Assembly (NCBI GenBank): GCA_016788585.1
Contig: JAEURP010000007.1
Coordinates: 1-64,000, forward strand
DNA from: Chthonomonas sp.
GTDB lineage: Bacteria > Armatimonadota > Fimbriimonadia > Fimbriimonadales > Fimbriimonadaceae
Length of the DNA stretch: 64,000 nucleotides
Reading direction: 5' to 3'
Below, one piece after another: positions 9,237-19,882 of the stretch. The position numbers and the translations under genes are program-made. Below the pieces are notes generated by a model. The model worked only from the letters and a program-made list of their open reading frames with translations, was not told where the DNA came from and did not search any database. The first letter of the stretch is position 1. Each line of letters begins with the position of its first letter.

Positions 9237-10319
9237 ATGGCGACGGCTGACTTGACAACCCCCCTTTACGATGCTCACTTGAGGTTGAACGCGCGCATGG
9301 TGCCGTTTGCCGGATATAGCATGCCAGTGCAATACGAGAGCGTGATCGCGGAAAGCAAGGCCGTTCGCGAGGGCGCTGGGATGTTCGATGTGAGCCATAT
9401 GGCTCGCTTAAGGATCAGTGGCGCGCGCGCGATGGAGTATCTGGAATGGGTCACCACAAATGACGTCGCTAAGATTCCGCACGGCGATGGCCACTACTCG
9501 CTCCTGCCAAACTTTGAAGGCGGAGTGGTGGACGACATCATCGTCTACAAGATCAACGACGAGGACTTCGGCATGGTGGTTAATGCGAGTAACCATGCCA
9601 AGGACGTTGCGTGGCTGAAATCACAGAACAGCTTTGGCGTCGAGATTCAAGACGACACCGACGCCACAGCGATGATTGCCGTTCAAGGGCCCAAGGCGAC
9701 CGAGATCTTGGCGGGATTAGCAACTGACCCTGAGTTGCTGAAATCGAAGGATATGTTCGGCTCGCTCAGAACCGAAATCGCAGGTGTTCCGTGCTTTGCA
9801 GCGAGGAGCGGTTACACGGGTGAGGATGGATTCGAAATTATTTGCGATGGAACTCGCGCCGAAGCCGTTTGGAATTCGTTGCTGCAGGCGGGCGTGGCTC
9901 CCTGCGGATTGGGCTCGCGCGACGTGCTTCGGGTGGAGGCTGGCTTGCCGCTCTATGGGCACGAACTGAATGACGAAATGTCACCGCTCTGTGCTGGCCT
10001 GGGCTGGGTCATTAGTAAAGAGAAGGACTTTATTGGCTCGGACAAGATGAAAGCCGTTCGTGAATCGGGCGCGCCCCTCAAGTTGGTCGGCGTGAAGCTA
10101 GACGGCAAGCGATTGCCACAAATCGATATGGCTGTCATGGTCGATGGAAAGGAAGTCGGCAAGGTCAGCAGTGGTATTTACTCACCGCTGTTAGAGTGTG
10201 GTTTGGCTTTTGCCTTCATCTCGCCAGGGGTTGCACTCAACACGCCATGTACGATCGACATGCGAGGCAAGGCGGAGCCCGGCATGATCGTCAGCAAGCG
10301 GTTCTTCAAGCGCGCCTAG
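9237..10319 (+). CDS. gcvT: Glycine cleavage system T protein (aminomethyltransferase)
   Basis: TPLYD.H...GARMVPFAGYSMPVQY and overall GcvT-like sequence; ATG at 9237 preferred over upstream in-frame start at 9168. Confidence 0.9.
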   Translation: MATADLTTPLYDAHLRLNARMVPFAGYSMPVQYESVIAESKAVREGAGMFDVSHMARLRISGARAMEYLEWVTTNDVAKIPHGDGHYSLLPNFEGGVVDDIIVYKINDEDFGMVVNASNHAKDVAWLKSQNSFGVEIQDDTDATAMIAVQGPKATEILAGLATDPELLKSKDMFGSLRTEIAGVPCFAARSGYTGEDGFEIICDGTRAEAVWNSLLQAGVAPCGLGSRDVLRVEAGLPLYGHELNDEMSPLCAGLGWVISKEKDFIGSDKMKAVRESGAPLKLVGVKLDGKRLPQIDMAVMVDGKEVGKVSSGIYSPLLECGLAFAFISPGVALNTPCTIDMRGKAEPGMIVSKRFFKRA

Positions 10320-11305
10320 AGCGATTTCGTTGCGCGGTCGATGATTTGCGCCCACGTTTGATTGCGGATTTCTTCCTTCGTTGGGGGGCGTTGTCGGCGT
10401 ACAGCCGCATCAAAATTGCGCTCAAGGTCCGTACGAGCTTCTTCCACTATATCGAGAATCGCTCGACTACTTTCGATTCGAGGCGCTTCGACGATCTTTG
10501 TCCATCTGGAACTGTCGCTTCCCGAGGCTGAGACTTTGCCGAGCGCGTTCTCACCGTACACGCTGAGCTGAGCATCAATCGTCAGCGTTTGGCGGCGATC
10601 GTCATATCGGACGTCGATTCGGGCGGAGAGCGTCGCGCGTCCAGATCGGTTGTAGTCGAGGTACTTGGCCCGAGACCTTCGGGTCAGTTCATCTTCAATA
10701 TCATTCTCGATTTCCCGCTTGGATCGAAAATTGATTTTTGAACTCGTAAGCGTCACACCGACATCGCCGTACTCCACGAGCAGTTCGTCGTCTGTGAACT
10801 TGGGGTCGTACTCGAGTACTTCGGTGGGCGCCATAGAGAGCCCGGCAGTCAGCTCCTCCAACTTGGCTGGTGGCAGGAGTAGCGCAACCTTAGCTTGGCC
10901 CTGAAGTGCAAAGATGCCAATTCCTCGTGTTTCGATCACCGAGAGGTTCCAATCCTCGATTCGCCCCTCGTGGTAGTAGGTGACCGCTTCATCAGGGAAG
11001 GGTTTGAGGATTTCGGTGAGGGGAACGGGCTGGGAATAGCCTAGGCGAATCGCTGTGACTTTTGCTTTGTCGCCACGACCATCGAGCAGGGCATCGACTC
11101 GGAACGGCGTCCCTTCCACGACCTTTACGTTGAGCGCTTCGGGCCGCACCGCGCCCTTCTCGGTACCAAAGGTGCGCTTAATATCGGCATCGGTCGTCGC
11201 TCCTATTCGGATGCCAGACCAACTGATGCCGATGAACCGGTCGATAGGCTCGGGCACCAATGGAGTCGCGCCAACGAGGCCAGCAAGGAGCAAGGCAAAT
11301 TTCAT
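10316..11305 (-). CDS. Hypothetical secreted protein
   Basis: 329-aa ORF with N-terminal signal-peptide-like MKFALLLAGLVGA; no recognisable domain. Confidence 0.45.
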   Translation of the reverse strand: MKFALLLAGLVGATPLVPEPIDRFIGISWSGIRIGATTDADIKRTFGTEKGAVRPEALNVKVVEGTPFRVDALLDGRGDKAKVTAIRLGYSQPVPLTEILKPFPDEAVTYYHEGRIEDWNLSVIETRGIGIFALQGQAKVALLLPPAKLEELTAGLSMAPTEVLEYDPKFTDDELLVEYGDVGVTLTSSKINFRSKREIENDIEDELTRRSRAKYLDYNRSGRATLSARIDVRYDDRRQTLTIDAQLSVYGENALGKVSASGSDSSRWTKIVEAPRIESSRAILDIVEEARTDLERNFDAAVRRQRPPTKEEIRNQTWAQIIDRATKSL

Positions 11306-11366
11306 GATCGTATTTTGGACGGCTCACAAGATTGCCGGGAAACATGGAATAGAAAATCTGTAAGGA

Positions 11367-12023
11367 TTGGCTATGTCGGAACAGGCGGAAGTAAAGGTCG
11401 AAGAGAAGGCCAAGAAAGGCGGTGGCAAGATGATCATCATCGCCGTCTTGGCATTGGCGATGGCAGGTGGTGGCTATTTTGGAATGGCCTCTAAGAAGGG
11501 CCCGGAGAAGCCAAAGGGTCCTGAACTGGGCGACATGGTTGAAATGACGCCAGAGTTCATTGTGAACTTGAGGGAACGCGAGGTGTTCTTGCGCGCATCA
11601 GTTTCGTTCCAACTGGACAAAAACAACAAAGATGTTCACCTTGGGGGTGATGGTGGGGGGCACGGGGGAGCCTCCGCGCCATCCCCCGAAATGACGGCCT
11701 TGCGCGATGCGATCACGGAGCGTCTTAGCACTCTGAGCGTGAACGACATTAAACGCGCCGACTTCTATGCCCGCTTGCGCCGGGTCTTGGCCGACGACGC
11801 TAATCGGGTTTTGGCGTTGCTCAGCCACAAGGAGGATGCCGCCGCCGACAAGAAGGGCGATAAGAAAAAGGAGGACGACCACGGTCATGCTGAGCCGCCC
11901 AAGAAGGCGAGCCTTTACTCGGTCGTACTCGATCCATCGAAGCTGGAGCATCCCGATTGGGATAGTGACAAGGGCCCGATTCTGAAGGTCTACATCACGA
12001 GTTTCGCAACTCAGAGGGAGTAG
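11367..12023 (+). CDS. FliL-like single-TM protein (tentative)
   Basis: Short charged N-terminus, TM helix, then PEFIVNLRE...ASVSFQLD resembling FliL core; not in a flagellar operon. Confidence 0.35.
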   Translation: MAMSEQAEVKVEEKAKKGGGKMIIIAVLALAMAGGGYFGMASKKGPEKPKGPELGDMVEMTPEFIVNLREREVFLRASVSFQLDKNNKDVHLGGDGGGHGGASAPSPEMTALRDAITERLSTLSVNDIKRADFYARLRRVLADDANRVLALLSHKEDAAADKKGDKKKEDDHGHAEPPKKASLYSVVLDPSKLEHPDWDSDKGPILKVYITSFATQRE

Positions 12024-12181
12024 CAGTTTGCGGGTGGCGGGTTCCGTGTTGGACATGCCGGACTAGTCCTACTGGTCTGACCGTTTTGGTCCGGGGCCTG
12101 AAACCCGAGACCCGAATCCCGGCTAAACTTAAAGCCCGGGGCGCTTTCAGTGTCGCAGGCGGCGCGGGTTCCAGCACCGCT

Positions 12182-14395
12182 ATGGCCTCGCCGTATGAGA
12201 TTTCGCACACTTGGGAAGAGCCCGATGGGCTCACCGAGTTGCTGAATGACATTCGGCAACAGAGGCCAGATGCGGACGTCCGAAAGATTCGCTACGCGTA
12301 TTTCATCGCCGAAGACGCCCATTCTGGCCAAACTCGAGCGACCGGCGACCCCTATATCACGCACCCGCTCGCCGTCACGAATATCCTTGCCCATCTGCGG
12401 ATGGACGACGACACGATCTGTGCGGCCCTGCTTCATGACACGGTCGAGGATTGCAAGGGCATCACGACCGAAAAGATTCGGGAGGACTTTGGCGAAGAGG
12501 TAGCGATGCTGGTCGAAGGAGTGACAAAGCTCAGTTTTAAGACCCTCGACGAGAACAATGAGCGACAGAAGAAGGCGGCTGAAACGGACCGTGCGGCCGA
12601 GAACCTCCGCAAAATGCTGCTTGCGATGGCCAAAGATGTTCGCGTGATGGTCATCAAACTCGCCGACCGGCTGCACAACATGCAGACCTTGGAAGGCCAC
12701 AAAGACCCGGCCAAACGAATCCGAATCAGCCAAGAAACACTTGATATTTTCGCCCCATTGGCGGCGCGGCTAGGCATTTGGCAAGTCAAGTGGCAATTGG
12801 AGGATCTCGCTTTTAAGTTCCTGCATCCCAAGGAATACAAGGAGATTCAGGACATGGTCGTCAAGACGAGGACCGACCGGGAAGCCGAGCTCAACGAGGC
12901 GATTCACATCGTCAAAGATGAACTGATCAAACGTGGGGTCAAGGTTGTGGAAGTTCAGGGGCGGCCCAAGCACCTCTTCAGCATCTTCAACAAGATTGTC
13001 ATTCACGGTTTCCGATTTGAGGACATTCTCGATCTCATCGCGATGCGCATTGTCGTGGCATCGAAAGACGACTGCTACGTTGCCCTAGGTGTTGTGAATG
13101 GGCTTTGGGTGCCAATGCAGGAGCACTTCGCCGATTACATCGCGCGGCCCAAGCCCAATGGTTATCAGTCATTGCATATCAAGGTGATTGGACCCCGCGG
13201 CGAGCCGCTGGAGATTCAGATTCGCACGAAAGAGATGCACGACGTCGCCGAGATGGGTGTCGCGGCCCACTACGCCTACAAAGAGGGCGCCAATGCGGTT
13301 GATCAGCGCTTTGCGAACCTGAGGCAGCAACTTTTCGATTGGTCTAGCGACTACCGGACGTCGTCGGACTTCTTGCGCAATTTGAGTACAGACCTGTTCA
13401 GCGAGCAGGTCTTTGTCTTTACTCCCAAGGGTGAGGTCCTAGATCTGCCCAAGAATTCCACGCCAGTAGACTTTGCTTTTCGGGTGCATACAAACCTTGG
13501 TTTGCGCCTCGTTGGCGCGAAAGTCGGGGGGCAGATCGTGCCCCTCGATCATCAACTCAAGAACGGTGACATTGTGGAGGTCATTACGCGAAGTAATGCC
13601 CAGCCAAGTCTTGATTGGCTTCAATTCACTGCCAGTCCCAGCGCAAAAAGCAAACTCAGGAGCTACTTTAGGACCCGTCGGCGCGATGAGAATGTGGCCC
13701 AGGGTAAGGAACTCGTTGAGCGTGAGCTAAAGAGCCGAAAGCTCGACCCTAAGCTCTATTTGGGCGAGAAACTCACGGGTGTCATCGGGCAGATCAAGGA
13801 CTGCCGGACATCAGAAGACATTTTTGCCAAAGTGGGCGAAGGGTTAGTGAGCGCGATTAGCGTGGTCGATAAGATGCGACCGCCCACCCAAACAAAGGGT
13901 GAGCGAGGCCCGAACAAGGCCAGAGAGACCGGGGTGCTGAGCGTGGTTGGCGGGCTCGACTCGGTGAGCATGCGGCGTGCGAAGTGTTGCGATCCCATCC
14001 CAGGCGAGGATGTTGTGGGATACGTGACGCGGGGCCGCGGCATCATGATTCATCGTGCCGCCTGCACGAACGCCCTGGCTTATGAGCAATCTGACCCCGA
14101 GCGCCTGATTCCTATCGACTGGAAACCCGATGGTTCGGGCGTCTTCCGCGTAAACCTCAAGATCGTGACTCTGGAGCGGCAGGGCCTGCTTGCCGATGTT
14201 TCGAACATGATCGCCGAGGCGCGGGCAAACATTGTCGGCATGAAGGTGCGTCCATTGCCGAATACAACCTTTGAGTGGGATATTTCGGTCGAAGTGCGGG
14301 ATATTGAGCATCTGAACTTCGTGCTGAACAAGGTTTCTAACCTTAGTGATGTGTTCAGCATCTTGCGGGTCCACGGAAGGACGGGCTCGCGTTGA
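12182..14395 (+). CDS. relA: Bifunctional (p)ppGpp synthetase/hydrolase RelA/SpoT
   Basis: HD domain (HD...LHDTVED), RelA_SpoT synthetase region, TGS and C-terminal ACT domain; ATG at 12182 preferred. Confidence 0.9.
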   Translation: MASPYEISHTWEEPDGLTELLNDIRQQRPDADVRKIRYAYFIAEDAHSGQTRATGDPYITHPLAVTNILAHLRMDDDTICAALLHDTVEDCKGITTEKIREDFGEEVAMLVEGVTKLSFKTLDENNERQKKAAETDRAAENLRKMLLAMAKDVRVMVIKLADRLHNMQTLEGHKDPAKRIRISQETLDIFAPLAARLGIWQVKWQLEDLAFKFLHPKEYKEIQDMVVKTRTDREAELNEAIHIVKDELIKRGVKVVEVQGRPKHLFSIFNKIVIHGFRFEDILDLIAMRIVVASKDDCYVALGVVNGLWVPMQEHFADYIARPKPNGYQSLHIKVIGPRGEPLEIQIRTKEMHDVAEMGVAAHYAYKEGANAVDQRFANLRQQLFDWSSDYRTSSDFLRNLSTDLFSEQVFVFTPKGEVLDLPKNSTPVDFAFRVHTNLGLRLVGAKVGGQIVPLDHQLKNGDIVEVITRSNAQPSLDWLQFTASPSAKSKLRSYFRTRRRDENVAQGKELVERELKSRKLDPKLYLGEKLTGVIGQIKDCRTSEDIFAKVGEGLVSAISVVDKMRPPTQTKGERGPNKARETGVLSVVGGLDSVSMRRAKCCDPIPGEDVVGYVTRGRGIMIHRAACTNALAYEQSDPERLIPIDWKPDGSGVFRVNLKIVTLERQGLLADVSNMIAEARANIVGMKVRPLPNTTFEWDISVEVRDIEHLNFVLNKVSNLSDVFSILRVHGRTGSR

Positions 14396-14826
14396 GAGCA
14401 ATCGTCCAGCGCGTGGCCTGGGCGCGGGTGTCGGTGAATGGCAACTTGATCGGGCAATGCGGTTCGGGTTTGCTGGTTTTGGCAGGCGCCCATCGAGAGG
14501 ACACCGCTACCAACGCGGTGAGACTGGCGGATCGGTTGGTCAAGCTTCGGATCTTCAATGATGCCGATGGCAAGATGAACCTCGCGCTTGGAGAAGGGCA
14601 GGGAATGTTGGTGGTGTCGAACTTCACCGTTTATGGGGAGACGGCTAAAAACCGTCGGCCCAGCTTTACTGAATCAGCGCCATATGAAAAAGGACAAGAG
14701 CTGATTGAGCACTTAGTCGCCGAATTGAGAAAGGCAGGGATTTCTGTTGAAACGGGTGAGTTTGGAGCAGATATGCAGGTTGAGCTCCTCAACGATGGGC
14801 CGGTCACGGTGATTGTGGAGGGTTGA
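14392..14826 (+). CDS. dtd: D-aminoacyl-tRNA deacylase
   Basis: MRAIVQRV..A.V.V.G...G.I..GLLVL.G and ~145 aa length typical of Dtd; 4-nt overlap with relA. Confidence 0.85.
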   Translation: MRAIVQRVAWARVSVNGNLIGQCGSGLLVLAGAHREDTATNAVRLADRLVKLRIFNDADGKMNLALGEGQGMLVVSNFTVYGETAKNRRPSFTESAPYEKGQELIEHLVAELRKAGISVETGEFGADMQVELLNDGPVTVIVEG

Positions 14827-14852
14827 CTCCTAGCCGTTGAGGAGTACACATT

Positions 14853-15299
14853 TTACGCTTCGGACTTCGGGGGCCAAGGAAGCATGGCGACGAGCGTACC
14901 AACGCTGATAAGGCCAAACAGAATTGGCCCTCCGATCAAGGCGATTGGTAAAAAGTAGCTTATGTGGTAGGAGTCGCCGGAAGTCGGCGGCCGAATTCGA
15001 GCCATGCTCTGCAGAATATCGATGTGTCCACTGATGGCGAAGAGCGTTCCCCAAGACGCATTCGAGACGATGACGAGAAGTCCATTCCACTGCTTGCGAG
15101 TTAGAAAGAGTCCAGCTAGGAAAAGGCTCTGTGCGCAGCGAACAACGTAGTCGATCTTGCCATTCTCATCGAAATAGAAAGGCGGTTGAAGATCTCGAAT
15201 TTCACTCAAGTGCCACGCAACGATTGCCAAAGTGGTTAGTCCGTAGATTGCAAAAAGGCGACATCGAGATACGAGTGGAAATGGACTGCTCTTACTCAA
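14853..15299 (-). CDS. Hypothetical integral membrane protein
   Basis: 148 aa, 3-4 predicted TM helices. Confidence 0.4.
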   Translation of the reverse strand: MSKSSPFPLVSRCRLFAIYGLTTLAIVAWHLSEIRDLQPPFYFDENGKIDYVVRCAQSLFLAGLFLTRKQWNGLLVIVSNASWGTLFAISGHIDILQSMARIRPPTSGDSYHISYFLPIALIGGPILFGLISVGTLVAMLPWPPKSEA

Positions 15300-15410
15300 C
15301 GAAACACCGTTCTGCCTGAGCCTACCCCCGCACTCTGGGAATAAAATTCCTCGCGTCGGGTGGCGGACTGAAGTCCACCCTCCTTTCGGTAGGCAGTAAA
15401 CTCAATCCTC

Positions 15411-16874
15411 ATGGCGAACTACGTGCTCAGCGTCGGGATGGAGGTGCATGCCGAACTCCTCACCGAATCCAAGATGTTTTGCCGATGCCAAGTGGCATTC
15501 GGCGGTGAGCCCAATTCGCGCGTCTGCCCCGTGTGCTTAGGCTTGCCGGGTGCGTTGCCGGTCCCGAATAAGCACGCGATCGAGCTTGTCATGAAGACCG
15601 CGTTGGCGCTCAACTGCACGATCGCCCGCGACAGCGTCTTCCATCGTAAGAATTACTTCTATCCCGACCTTCCGAAGGGCTACCAGATCAGCCAGTATGG
15701 CGAGACCAACCCGATTGGCTACCACGGCTGGATCGATATCCCAACCGAAGGAGGCAAGACCAAGCGCATCAAGATCGCTCGTGTTCACCTCGAAGAGGAC
15801 ACCGGAAAGCTCATGCACCTTCCGGGTGGCGGCAGCGGAGTGGACCTTAACCGCGCTGGCGTACCGCTCATGGAGATCGTGACCGCGTTTCCACCCGACA
15901 TCGAGAGCCCCGAAGAAGCCAAAGAGTACGGTGAGAGGTTAAGGCAACTCCTTGTTTACCTCGGTGTATGTGACGGCAAGATGGAAGAAGGCAGCATGCG
16001 CGCTGAACCCAACCCATCCGTCCGCCCCGAAGGCTCCGAAACCTACGGCGTCAAGACAGAGCTCAAGAACCTCGGCAGCTTCCGTTCGGTCTTCGGAGGC
16101 GTCGAATTCGAGCGCAATCGCCAGATCGCTGTCCTGGAAGAAGGCGGCGAAGTCTACCAAGAAACCCGCGGCTGGAACGAGGACACCCAAGCCAGCTACG
16201 TAATGCGCGTGAAGGAGTCGGAGAACGACTACCGCTACTTCCCGTGCCCCGACCTGATGCCGATGCACTTCGACGACGCCATGATCGAACGCGTGCGGGC
16301 CACGATAGGAGAATTGCCGATAGCCAAGTGGCAACGGTACCAAAGCGAATTTGGTCTCAGCGAATACGACGCAGGAGTCTTGACCGCCGAACGCCCTTGG
16401 GCCGAGTTCTTTGAAGCCTGCGTCAGGGAAGGCGCCGACCCAAAGGCCGCATGCAACTGGATGAACTCCGACTTCGCCCGCCTCCTCAACGAGACCGGTC
16501 AAAGCGTAGTCGCCCACGAGGGGCGGACCCTCAGCCGAGTCACGCCCAAGCACATCGCCGAACTCACGACCCTCATTGCAAACGGAACGATTAACGGCAA
16601 GATCGGCAAGCAAGTCTTTGGCGACATGTTTGAGTCTGGTCATATGCCAAAGGCGATTGTGGAAGCGGCTGGATTGACTCAGGTAAGCGATACCGGACAG
16701 GTGGACACATGGGCGGCTGAAGTTTGCGCGGAAAATCCCGATGTTATTGAAAAGTATCGCAATGGGCAAACCAATGTGATTGGCTTCCTCGTCGGACAGT
16801 TAATGAAGAAAAGCCAAGGTCGCGCCAATCCGCAACTTGCGCAAGAAGCGATCCGTAAGGCTTTAGGGGAGTAG
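15411..16874 (+). CDS. gatB: Asp-tRNA(Asn)/Glu-tRNA(Gln) amidotransferase subunit B
   Basis: N-terminal Y.L.VG.EVH.EL.T..K.FC.C...[18 protein letters not shown] and [17 protein letters not shown] are GatB signatures. Confidence 0.9.
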   Translation: MANYVLSVGMEVHAELLTESKMFCRCQVAFGGEPNSRVCPVCLGLPGALPVPNKHAIELVMKTALALNCTIARDSVFHRKNYFYPDLPKGYQISQYGETNPIGYHGWIDIPTEGGKTKRIKIARVHLEEDTGKLMHLPGGGSGVDLNRAGVPLMEIVTAFPPDIESPEEAKEYGERLRQLLVYLGVCDGKMEEGSMRAEPNPSVRPEGSETYGVKTELKNLGSFRSVFGGVEFERNRQIAVLEEGGEVYQETRGWNEDTQASYVMRVKESENDYRYFPCPDLMPMHFDDAMIERVRATIGELPIAKWQRYQSEFGLSEYDAGVLTAERPWAEFFEACVREGADPKAACNWMNSDFARLLNETGQSVVAHEGRTLSRVTPKHIAELTTLIANGTINGKIGKQVFGDMFESGHMPKAIVEAAGLTQVSDTGQVDTWAAEVCAENPDVIEKYRNGQTNVIGFLVGQLMKKSQGRANPQLAQEAIRKALGE

Positions 16875-16881
16875 TGGCCCA

Positions 16882-17424
16882 ATGAGATTGGTATTAGCAG
16901 TTTGTGCGCTGGTGATCGCGACTTGTTCGTGGGGGAAGGACCCACGCCAAGATGCGATTTGGGGGGCCATCGACGATGCGATGATCCACTACATCGATCA
17001 CCACTTTCATGAAGGTGACTTTCCTCGAGCGATTCAAGCCCTCCGATTTCGATACGCCATGTATCCAGATGACTGGGAAGCCATGTCAGACCTTGGATGG
17101 CTCCTCGAGAGCACGGAGCGCGAAGACGAAGCGCTCGCCATGTACATGAAGTATCGGCGCGACTACTCGACCCGGCGCGACGCCGCATATTCGGTCGTGC
17201 AGTATTGGTTCAAGAAGAAGTCCTACGCCAAAATCCCGGCATTGGTGGAGCCCGAACTTGCCAAAAAGCCACACCCCAACATGTATCGCTGGCTCGCCCA
17301 TGCTTACGACCGACTGGGTCGCTATGCCGATTCGATTCGCGTTTGGGATGCCTTGATTGCCCTCGTTCCCAGCGACGCTCAGGCGAAGAATAATCGCGCC
17401 AAGGTTCTCGGCAAAATCAAGTAG
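16882..17424 (+). CDS. Secreted TPR-like protein
   Basis: Signal peptide MRLVLAVCALVIATCS; helical repeat content. Confidence 0.45.
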   Translation: MRLVLAVCALVIATCSWGKDPRQDAIWGAIDDAMIHYIDHHFHEGDFPRAIQALRFRYAMYPDDWEAMSDLGWLLESTEREDEALAMYMKYRRDYSTRRDAAYSVVQYWFKKKSYAKIPALVEPELAKKPHPNMYRWLAHAYDRLGRYADSIRVWDALIALVPSDAQAKNNRAKVLGKIK

Positions 17425-17676
17425 GTGGAAGTTCGAGTCCAGCCACGAAGTTCACAATCCAAGGTTGTGGTAGATGGCGGCGGGCTCAAGGTCTACACAA
17501 ACGCAGCCCCGGTCGATGGCGAAGCTAATGAGGCGGTCATTGCCCTTCTGAGCAAAGCTCTCGGCGTTCCAAAATCCGCCATTTCGATCGCTCGTGGCGC
17601 GACAGGTAGAAAGAAGAAGATCATCGTGGAGGGCCTCAGCGACGAGCAAATCTTGGCCCGGGTAACGTCTAGCTAG
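17425..17676 (+). CDS. DUF167 (YggU/UPF0235) family protein
   Basis: 83 aa; V.V.P.S..KVV..GG.LKV....AP.DG.AN.A....L...L...KS...I..G..GR.K...VEGL family pattern; GTG start overlapping upstream stop. Confidence 0.7.
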   Translation: MEVRVQPRSSQSKVVVDGGGLKVYTNAAPVDGEANEAVIALLSKALGVPKSAISIARGATGRKKKIIVEGLSDEQILARVTSS

Positions 17677-17678
17677 AA

Positions 17679-18506
17679 ATGGACCCGAACCGCACCCAGA
17701 GCCTCGACCCGAACAAGACGATGATGGGCACCATGCCCACCATCAATGCCACCCAGGTCGTTAAGCCGGTCCAGTGCCCGGTCTGCAAGTCTTTTAACCC
17801 CGCCGGGGTGATGTTTTGCGTGGATTGTGGCCTGATTTTTGATCGGGCTTTGCCCGACGACGCCTTCGGCGCGCCAACGGTTCAGATGCCGGTGCTGGTG
17901 GATGAAGCAGGAAGAGAGCATGTACTGAGACCGGGTGAGAATGTGCTTGGCCGCCAGGGCGACATCGTGCTGGATGATTCGCGAATCTCCCGCCGTCACG
18001 CGGCGATCATGGTCGGCGACACGCTCACCGTCACCGATCTTGGTTCTACTAATGGCACGAAACTGAATGATGTCGCGCTCTCGGACTCGCAACTGATGCA
18101 GCCGGGAAGTGTCATCTCTCTCGGCGGCTTCAAGCTCACGCTATCGATGCCCGGGATAGCGGCAAAGACCGCCATGCCCATTGGCGGACAAACGCTACAA
18201 GGCTCTGCGCCCAGCATCGCGGCGACCGCTCACTTGGTTGAAGGCGACAACCGTTATCCTCTTCAACTCGGCCCGAACACCTTCGGCCGCCGCGATTCCA
18301 ATGCCATCGTCATTTCGGATGCCTATGTTAGTGGCGCACATGGACTGATCGAACTGGAAGATGACGCAGCCTATATCACCGACCTTGGTTCAACAAATGG
18401 CACGATGCTCAATGATGCCAAACTTGGCGCCAACATGCGGACCCGTATGGAGCCTGACGATGTGATCCGCCTTGGTAGCCTGGAGTTCCGGATTGATCGC
18501 GGCTAA
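17679..18506 (+). CDS. Zinc-ribbon + tandem FHA-domain protein
   Basis: CPVCKSFNP...CVDCG zinc ribbon, then two FHA domains (GR....I.L.D..ISRRHA.I.....TDLGSTNGT.LN twice). Confidence 0.75.
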   Translation: MDPNRTQSLDPNKTMMGTMPTINATQVVKPVQCPVCKSFNPAGVMFCVDCGLIFDRALPDDAFGAPTVQMPVLVDEAGREHVLRPGENVLGRQGDIVLDDSRISRRHAAIMVGDTLTVTDLGSTNGTKLNDVALSDSQLMQPGSVISLGGFKLTLSMPGIAAKTAMPIGGQTLQGSAPSIAATAHLVEGDNRYPLQLGPNTFGRRDSNAIVISDAYVSGAHGLIELEDDAAYITDLGSTNGTMLNDAKLGANMRTRMEPDDVIRLGSLEFRIDRG

Positions 18507-19101
18507 GGTTTTAGCTGGCAAGACAATACTGTTTTCCGGCGACCCGGATGCACTGGGCCCATTAGTCCGCACCATCAAACGCGCTGGAGCAACTACCGTA
18601 TGGTGGGGTGAAAAGCCGACCGAGGCAAAGTGGCTCTTCGACTGGTGCATGAAGGTCGACTTCAAGAAGCTGGACTCGCTCGAACTGGCTATGGTCAGGT
18701 TACGAAAGAAGTACGGTCACCTGCACGGGGCGGTCAATATGCCCGAAGCTCCAAATCCGGTCAAGTTCTTGGAGAGCAGTCGCCAGCAGTGGGAGGTAAT
18801 AGGGCCGTCAGTCGCCGATCTTGCCATGCAGACCAAGGTTCAAGTTGGGAAGATGCTTGAAACAGGCGGAGGCATTATTCTCACGGCCCTAAGTTACATT
18901 GAGGAAAGCCCAATCGAAGCTGTATGGATCACTGCCATTCAGGAGGTAGCGACGCAAATCGACTTCCAATATGCTGAAAACAGCGTGCGAGCCTTCAATT
19001 TCTACGATTCGACGGACGATGAAATGGTGAACTACCTTGCGGGCATCGGAGTACCTGAATTGAACATGAGTTACGCCGATGACGTAGTTCCTAATTCCTA
19101 A
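18472..19101 (+). CDS. Hypothetical protein (possible Rossmann-like N-terminus); start uncertain, overlaps FHA gene by 35 nt
   Basis: 209-aa ORF, GKTILFSGD...GA resembles a nucleotide-binding N-terminus; no catalytic motifs recognised. Confidence 0.35.
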   Translation: MVAWSSGLIAAKVLAGKTILFSGDPDALGPLVRTIKRAGATTVWWGEKPTEAKWLFDWCMKVDFKKLDSLELAMVRLRKKYGHLHGAVNMPEAPNPVKFLESSRQQWEVIGPSVADLAMQTKVQVGKMLETGGGIILTALSYIEESPIEAVWITAIQEVATQIDFQYAENSVRAFNFYDSTDDEMVNYLAGIGVPELNMSYADDVVPNS

Positions 19102-19123
19102 TTCTTAGCTTTAGATTTCGTAC

Positions 19124-19139
19124 CTGCGCAGGTACAATT
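19124..19139. promoter_or_regulatory. Perfect 16-bp palindrome GTACCTGCGCAGGTAC between convergently ending/starting genes (terminator stem or operator)
   Basis: Direct reading; 5 nt upstream of the deacetylase GTG start. Confidence 0.4.
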
Positions 19140-19144
19140 TAAGC

Positions 19145-19882
19145 GTGGCTCTCCCCCTCTTGCTTGGCTTCATGCTGCTCCCGCCGCCGAAGCCGGTGGA
19201 CTCGCTCGATATTCCGGATCGGTATCGAGGGCGGATCGTGTTGGTGCAGCCCAAGCAATTCAGTGAAAAGGTGGTAGCGCTCACGTTCGATGACGGCCCC
19301 GACCCCAAGGTCACAGCACAGATTTTGAAGACGCTGAAAAAGAATGACGCCAAAGCGACCTTTTTCATCTTGGGGCAGAACGCGCACTATTATCCAGAGA
19401 CGGTGAAGCTCATCGCTGCCCAAGGCCACGCGATCGGCCAGCATAGCTGGTCGCACGCCGCCAAAGCCGATGCCAAGAAGGCTGAAGTCGAGTTCACAAA
19501 GACGAACTCGTTGCTCAAGAACCTGATCGGCTACCGACCGGTGATGTATCGCCCGCCCTATGGCATCACCAAGAACGGCATGACGGCTCTTGCTCTAAAA
19601 GAGAACGACGCGGTCATTCTCTGGACGAGAATCGCCAACGACACAATGACCAAGAGCCCGGCTAAGGTAAACCTCAATGTCGGTACACCCGGTCCCGGTG
19701 AAATCGTGCTGATGCACGATGGGTATGGCAAGACGTGGACGGCAGAGGCCTTACCGCGCATCATTAAGCGCCTGAAGAACAAGGGCTACAAGTTTGTGAC
19801 CGTTCCAGAAATGCTTCGCAAGTGGGATCAGTACCTAAACGTTCACCCAGATCGCGGGGCCACCAAGCCCTGGCACCTATGA
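19145..19882 (+). CDS. Polysaccharide deacetylase (NodB homology domain), secreted
   Basis: Signal peptide then VALTFDDGP...HS.SH motifs of CE4 deacetylases. Confidence 0.8.
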   Translation: MALPLLLGFMLLPPPKPVDSLDIPDRYRGRIVLVQPKQFSEKVVALTFDDGPDPKVTAQILKTLKKNDAKATFFILGQNAHYYPETVKLIAAQGHAIGQHSWSHAAKADAKKAEVEFTKTNSLLKNLIGYRPVMYRPPYGITKNGMTALALKENDAVILWTRIANDTMTKSPAKVNLNVGTPGPGEIVLMHDGYGKTWTAEALPRIIKRLKNKGYKFVTVPEMLRKWDQYLNVHPDRGATKPWHL